Shown one piece after another: positions 59,803 through 64,000 of a stretch of 64,000 bases of DNA; within the stretch, counting starts at the first letter, position 1, and every line of letters starts with the position of its first letter. Origin of the DNA: an uncultured Nitrospiraceae bacterium. Its GTDB lineage: Bacteria > Nitrospirota > Thermodesulfovibrionia > Thermodesulfovibrionales > SM23-35. The DNA lies in assembly GCA_963727775.1 (NCBI GenBank), contig CAVSHB010000002.1, positions 544,001 to 608,000 on the forward strand, written 5' to 3'. Made by a program: the position numbers and the translations under genes. Under the pieces are notes generated by a model. The model made no database searches. It was not told where the DNA came from and saw only the letters and a list, made by a program, of their open reading frames with translations.

Positions 59803-60572
59803 ATGACGAACAAGAATAATCATACGGTATGGCATAAGGGGTCCCTCACTAAAGAAGACCGTAACAGATTGAACAATCATGACAGCGGCGTCATCTGGTT
59901 AACCGGTTTATCGGCCTCCGGAAAATCCACTATAGCCCATATGATCGAGAAAAGGTTATATATGGACGGCATTAGAGCTTATGTCCTCGACGGGGACAAT
60001 ATACGGCACGGTCTCAATGCGGACCTGGGGTTCAGCGTTGAGGACAGGATAGAGAATATACGGAGAATCATTGAGGTGGGGCCGGGCTTTTTGCAGACGC
60101 GGGCATAATTGTTCTTACGGCATTTATTAATCTCCATACCCCGCCGTCTCTGCGGCGGGCACCTTACGTCGTCGGGGTGCAGGGCGTCGGAGCGAAGCGC
60201 AGACCCTTGCCGACCCGCGGGGTCTAATACCCCGTGGTGTCGTGCCGAGCAAAGCGAGGTTTAGTTTATTACGCCTTTCGAGAGCCAGAGAAAATTCGTC
60301 AGGGGCCATTTCCAGAATACCAAATTTATGGAAGTCTATGTCAAATGTCCTCTCGAAGAATGTGTCAGAAGGGACCCCAAGGGATTATATAAAAAGGCGC
60401 GGACGGGGGCATAATCGAAAATTATACCGGGATTTCCTCCCCCTTTGAGGAACCGGAGGCCCCCGATCTTGTGCTCGACACCCAGAAAATGGGCCTCGAT
60501 GAATCGGTCTCGGCGGTCCTGGATTATGTCAAAAAGACCGGGTTTTTGAAACCGAAAAATATTGGCGGCTGA
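59803..60572 (+). pseudogene. cysC: adenylyl-sulfate kinase, disrupted
   Basis: [27 protein letters not shown], then RDPKGLY and YTGISSPFEEP in other frames; frameshifts in G-runs near 60080 and 60407 plus a 142-bp insertion. Confidence 0.9.
60128..60269. mobile_element. 142-bp non-autonomous hairpin element inserted in cysC
   Basis: TTTATTA repeated at 60123 and 60265; removal restores GCA TTT ATT ACG CCT TTC (AFITPF); hairpin CCCGCCG-TCTCTG-CGGCGGG. Confidence 0.8.
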
Positions 60573-60623
60573 TAGGCTTACCCAAACGTTGCATAAAGAT
60601 ATAGTCATTCAACCGTCAACGCG

Positions 60624-61022
60624 TCAGTATTTGAATAGAGCGAGAGCACTGTGTTTTGCCATCACATTGAAATGTTCATCATATGTCATAAGAGAGAGGC
60701 TGTTCTCTATTGCAGCCTGTGCAATTAAAAGATCCACAGTGCTCGCTGTATAGCCTTTTCTTGCAAGCTCGTATCCCAGCTTTCCGGCGTGCAAATATGT
60801 CGTTTCATCCACGGGAATGCACTGCATGACATCAAAGGCGTCATAAAGAATCTGCAGCGCTTTTTGGTCTTTTGCCCCATTAATCAGTTCGAGAGCTACA
60901 ATGCCTGTGTAGACAGCCTTCCCGGATTTGAGCAGCGCGGCAATACGCTCTGTCAGGTCAGAATCTATTCCTCTGAAAAAGGCGATCCAGACAGAGGTGT
61001 CGACAAGTACCTTAGCGTCCAT
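60624..61022 (-). CDS. vapC: VapC PIN-domain toxin
   Basis: LVDTSVWI, ALELING, VDLLIA..A, TYDEHF. Confidence 0.92.
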   Translation of the reverse strand: MDAKVLVDTSVWIAFFRGIDSDLTERIAALLKSGKAVYTGIVALELINGAKDQKALQILYDAFDVMQCIPVDETTYLHAGKLGYELARKGYTASTVDLLIAQAAIENSLSLMTYDEHFNVMAKHSALALFKY

Positions 61023-61209
61023 GCCGCGATTTTTCCCATTTGTCCGAAAATTCCAGCTTGCCGGCCAACGATAGGACCCTTTCGATCTTCCTCTGCCGTA
61101 TCAGCTCTCTGAGTCCTGTGATGACGGCTTCCGTCTTCGTCCTGCTTTTGGATGCCGTCATCGCTTCTTTTATAAGCTCATCCGGTATGTTTAATGTAGT
61201 TTTCATCAT
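61012..61209 (-). CDS. vapB: VapB-type antitoxin
   Basis: MKTTLNIPDELI..TKTEAV..L; overlaps the vapC start; RBS AGGAGG. Confidence 0.88.
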   Translation of the reverse strand: MMKTTLNIPDELIKEAMTASKSRTKTEAVITGLRELIRQRKIERVLSLAGKLEFSDKWEKSRHGR

Positions 61210-61998
61210 ACCTCCTAAATGTATATATTCGTATGTATATTATATCAAAAAAAGTAATATATTCTTCAATAAAAAATATGTATCTTCGCGCAGGAGTGTG
61301 GGTCATTCTTGTAACAAATCATGTCATTCCCCGACTTGATCGGGGAATCCAGATCACACGCACCGTGAAATTGAATGTACCGGATACCGTAGGGGCGCCT
61401 GATATCAGGCCGGTGGAACTGTTGAGGGTCAAACCATTGGGGGGAAGACTCCCTGAGATGATAGACCAACTGTAGGGCATCACACCGCCTGTGGTGGCAA
61501 GTGTCTGGTTAATATGGATTCCCCAAGAGGCCTGAAGGCAAGGATGAAGTAGTGATGACCAAAACGGCGGGGGAAATTACATATTCCTCTGTTCCTACGG
61601 ACGATGGGTTCCCTGCTTTATCCACTGCAAGGAATTTGAGGGTTGTGTCTGATGAAATATATATGGGTCCGGTGTATACTGAAGAACCTGTGGTCGGCGT
61701 GCTGCCGTCCGTTGTGTAATATATTTTATCGCAACCGGAACCGGTACCGTCCTGGCAAGCTAATGTGACCGACTGGCCGCTGTTGAATGTTCCTCCTTCC
61801 GGAGAAGCTGTGACCGTAGGAGCGGTCGTATCTAAAATTATTGAATCGGTAGAGGCTGACGACCAGTTGTTCAAGCTGTCCCTAAAACGGGCATAAACCG
61901 TCTTTGTGCCGGCGCCTGATAACAGCGTCCATGCTTTTGATGGCGTATAAGTCTCAGGGTTGGACCAGTCTATAGTGTCGTTGCTGAATTGCATTTGA

Positions 61999-63618
61999 CC
62001 CGAAAAATGCGTTTGCTATAGGCATACCTATAGAGTCAAGCCTATCAAGGCATTGGCTGATTTGTCGATATAAAAGCTAATACTGATGCTGTTTCTTGTT
62101 CCACCTCCTGAAAATTATGTTCTTTTTATCTAAATGCAGTGCAATTACCAAAACTGGGGGGAAAGTATTGTCCCACGCGGTTAAAGAGGTAGCGCAGTTT
62201 TGATCGTACTTTCTGCGTAAAGACAGAAATCCGCAATACAGGTTTCCTTCCATCCCATCCTAATTGGGCTGGAAGGACAAGATACTTGTACCGTAAGGTT
62301 TTCAAACGTTCTGTCTTTTCTTTTTGACCGAGTATCTGATGCCTGAACAGGACAAACAGATTGTAGATGAATACCCGAATAAGCATAGCCGCCTCCGTTG
62401 AGTAGAAATACTTCATCGAGAACCCGCCGAGTGCAAAATCCTCTTTCAGTTCCTTGATGGTATTCTCATCGTTCGCCCTATGCCTGCATTGCTTCCATAC
62501 CTCATATGTAGAATCATGTGAATTGGTTATCCATACGCTATAACGATAATGCCCTGTATCAAACTCATCTCCGAAAAGAGACAACTCTTTTCCCATCGCG
62601 TGCGGTCTCTTCTTGACATCCTGGCGCACTGCAATAAACCTCCTGTCGATTATCCACTCTACATGCTGGAAGAAGAACTCAGTGATCCATATCCCTTCTT
62701 CTACCTGTGCCCAGTTTTGTTGTGCGTAGATTATCCTCTGCAGCGGACGATATAGGCGAGCAGCTATGATATATACTAATTCTCTCTTCTCAAGCAGTTC
62801 GATGAACTCCCTAAGATAAAATCCACTGTCTGCAATAATGCCCTTGATATCGATATGACCGTTGATCCTCTGCCATGTGGATTCAAAAAATCCAATAATG
62901 TTGTTCCGTGACATCACGTTGCCGGGGCGGTTCCAAAGATTTATCACATACTTGTTTCTGTTAAGAAATGCCAGAAGCGGGCTGTGGCTACCACGGCCCT
63001 TCTTCTTCGGGTTATATCCCCTCTTGACTCCCTCCTGTTTTCCGTATCGCTCAAGGACTGTAGAATCGAACGTCAACCAGTCCTCTTTGAGCTCTTTCCA
63101 GGGGATCAATCTCTTCAAGTATCCCCATAATCCCTCCGACATCTCTTCCACTTCCTTCAGTTTTCTGATCTTCCTGAAAAGCCTGCCCAATGTCGTCGAG
63201 GCGATAGGAAGCCTCTTCACTGCAAAAAGATCGGTGAAAATCTCCTGCCAACCAAGATAAAGTAGATGAGAAAACCTGCTGCCTCCCGCATAGATCAGAA
63301 GGATGTATGCCAATACCTTGCTGTATATCCCCATTCCATTGGGTGAACTCTCATGGATCGGAATCACCTCTTGCAAAATTCCTCTCAATTTGATCTTTTC
63401 AAAAAATGCAGCCAATAAACTGAATCCCCCATATGCCGTCATCTTCTTCTCCGTAAATCCAATCCTTACTTTATTTATTTCGATCTTTGTGCTACATTTT
63501 GACTGCATATTTCTATTCTCCTTTCGTTTAGAGTTGATGGTCGGGTAAACCTATTGATTCTAATACGAAAGGAGAATTTCTTCGGGGATATTATTTTAGG
63601 TCAACTGCACTTTTTGGG
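61999..63618 (-). mobile_element. IS1380-family element (1620 bp)
   Basis: Imperfect IR CCCGAAAAATGCGTTTG / CAACTGCACTTTTTGGG; 4-bp TSD TTGA. Confidence 0.85.
62126..63508 (-). CDS. IS1380-family DDE transposase
   Basis: TAYGG, TFDST..YGKQEG, ADSGF, RANDENTIKELK. Confidence 0.9.
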   Translation of the reverse strand: MQSKCSTKIEINKVRIGFTEKKMTAYGGFSLLAAFFEKIKLRGILQEVIPIHESSPNGMGIYSKVLAYILLIYAGGSRFSHLLYLGWQEIFTDLFAVKRLPIASTTLGRLFRKIRKLKEVEEMSEGLWGYLKRLIPWKELKEDWLTFDSTVLERYGKQEGVKRGYNPKKKGRGSHSPLLAFLNRNKYVINLWNRPGNVMSRNNIIGFFESTWQRINGHIDIKGIIADSGFYLREFIELLEKRELVYIIAARLYRPLQRIIYAQQNWAQVEEGIWITEFFFQHVEWIIDRRFIAVRQDVKKRPHAMGKELSLFGDEFDTGHYRYSVWITNSHDSTYEVWKQCRHRANDENTIKELKEDFALGGFSMKYFYSTEAAMLIRVFIYNLFVLFRHQILGQKEKTERLKTLRYKYLVLPAQLGWDGRKPVLRISVFTQKVRSKLRYLFNRVGQYFPPSFGNCTAFR

Positions 63619-64000
63619 TTGAGTGCATGCGTTTCCAGTAAAATCGTCACACGATAAGGTAAGGGTCACAGCAACGGAACCGGTAGCTGCCGCTCCTGAA
63701 TTAATAACTATTAACCCCATGGGCGTCCTCAAGAGTGTGCCGTTTTCTCCAGCCGCAACAAAGATATTATCGCCATAAGTCAGGCCGAAAAGGCGGTAGC
63801 CGGTTTCAGAGTCCAGGCTGCCCCGTTGGGTGACGTAAGAATTGTTCCGGCGTCTCCTACAGCTATAAATTTGTTGTCGGCGCTGTTAGCGGAAGTTCAC
63901 TCGCCAATATTCTATTCCATTCCGTAAAGAGTAACTTGTGAAATGTGAAGTGAAAAAAGCAAGTTCTAAGTTCAATGTTTCAAAAAGCTGTCAAGCTGGA

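Larger units (their letters stand above)
61353..63885 (-). pseudogene. degraded modular surface protein (propeller-like repeats, chitobiase/FN3-like domain, putative Ig domain) split by IS1380
   Basis: FIAVGDAGTILTSPNG.. / FVAAGENG; ..SCDDFTGNACTQ|MQFSND rejoins in frame across the [40 protein letters not shown] after a frameshift. Confidence 0.75.

Noticed and set aside
63886..64000. Possible end of another IS at the window edge
   Set aside because: There is an abrupt change from coding-like sequence, but no partner end or transposase is visible.

Overview
Bacterial chromosomal window of an anaerobe-like organism. The gene content suggests Nitrospirota/Thermodesulfovibrionia or a deltaproteobacterium; this is inference only. 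1-26.8 kb is mostly core metabolism and signalling: a DUF362 gene, a creatininase-family gene, an orphan BrnT/BrnA toxin-antitoxin cassette ending in an attC-like site, nadB, pyk, an unusual Lon protease with an internal receiver domain next to a HAMP histidine kinase and a sigma54 activator, kup, HU, transporters, an acetate module (DUF294 nucleotidyltransferase, exonuclease, DUF485, actP, acs, Pat) and a probable PPi-dependent PFK. 26.9-47 kb is IS-rich accessory DNA: an IS91-like element with a tyrosine recombinase, an IS110/IS1111 element, two IS1634 copies, an IS110 remnant and an IS200. It also carries a CsgG-like gene, a GH44 surface glucanase behind a c-di-GMP-I-like riboswitch, a second HU, apbE and an IS-split secreted six-Cys peptide. 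48-59.6 kb looks like a sigma54 nitrogen regulon: nifB-mop-modABC-hesA/moeB-moaD, then a stand-alone NifA-like HTH, porin, amtB and glnK, then a frameshifted amtB2 and glnA. These promoters share an ACA-N4-TGT upstream motif. The window ends with a MITE-disrupted cysC, vapBC and an IS1380-split surface-protein pseudogene. I recognised no rRNA, tRNA or CRISPR array. The best candidate new system is the kinase / REC-Lon / sigma54-activator / small-peptide locus at 5.2-10.6 kb. All calls are by-eye motif recognition; no database search was run.
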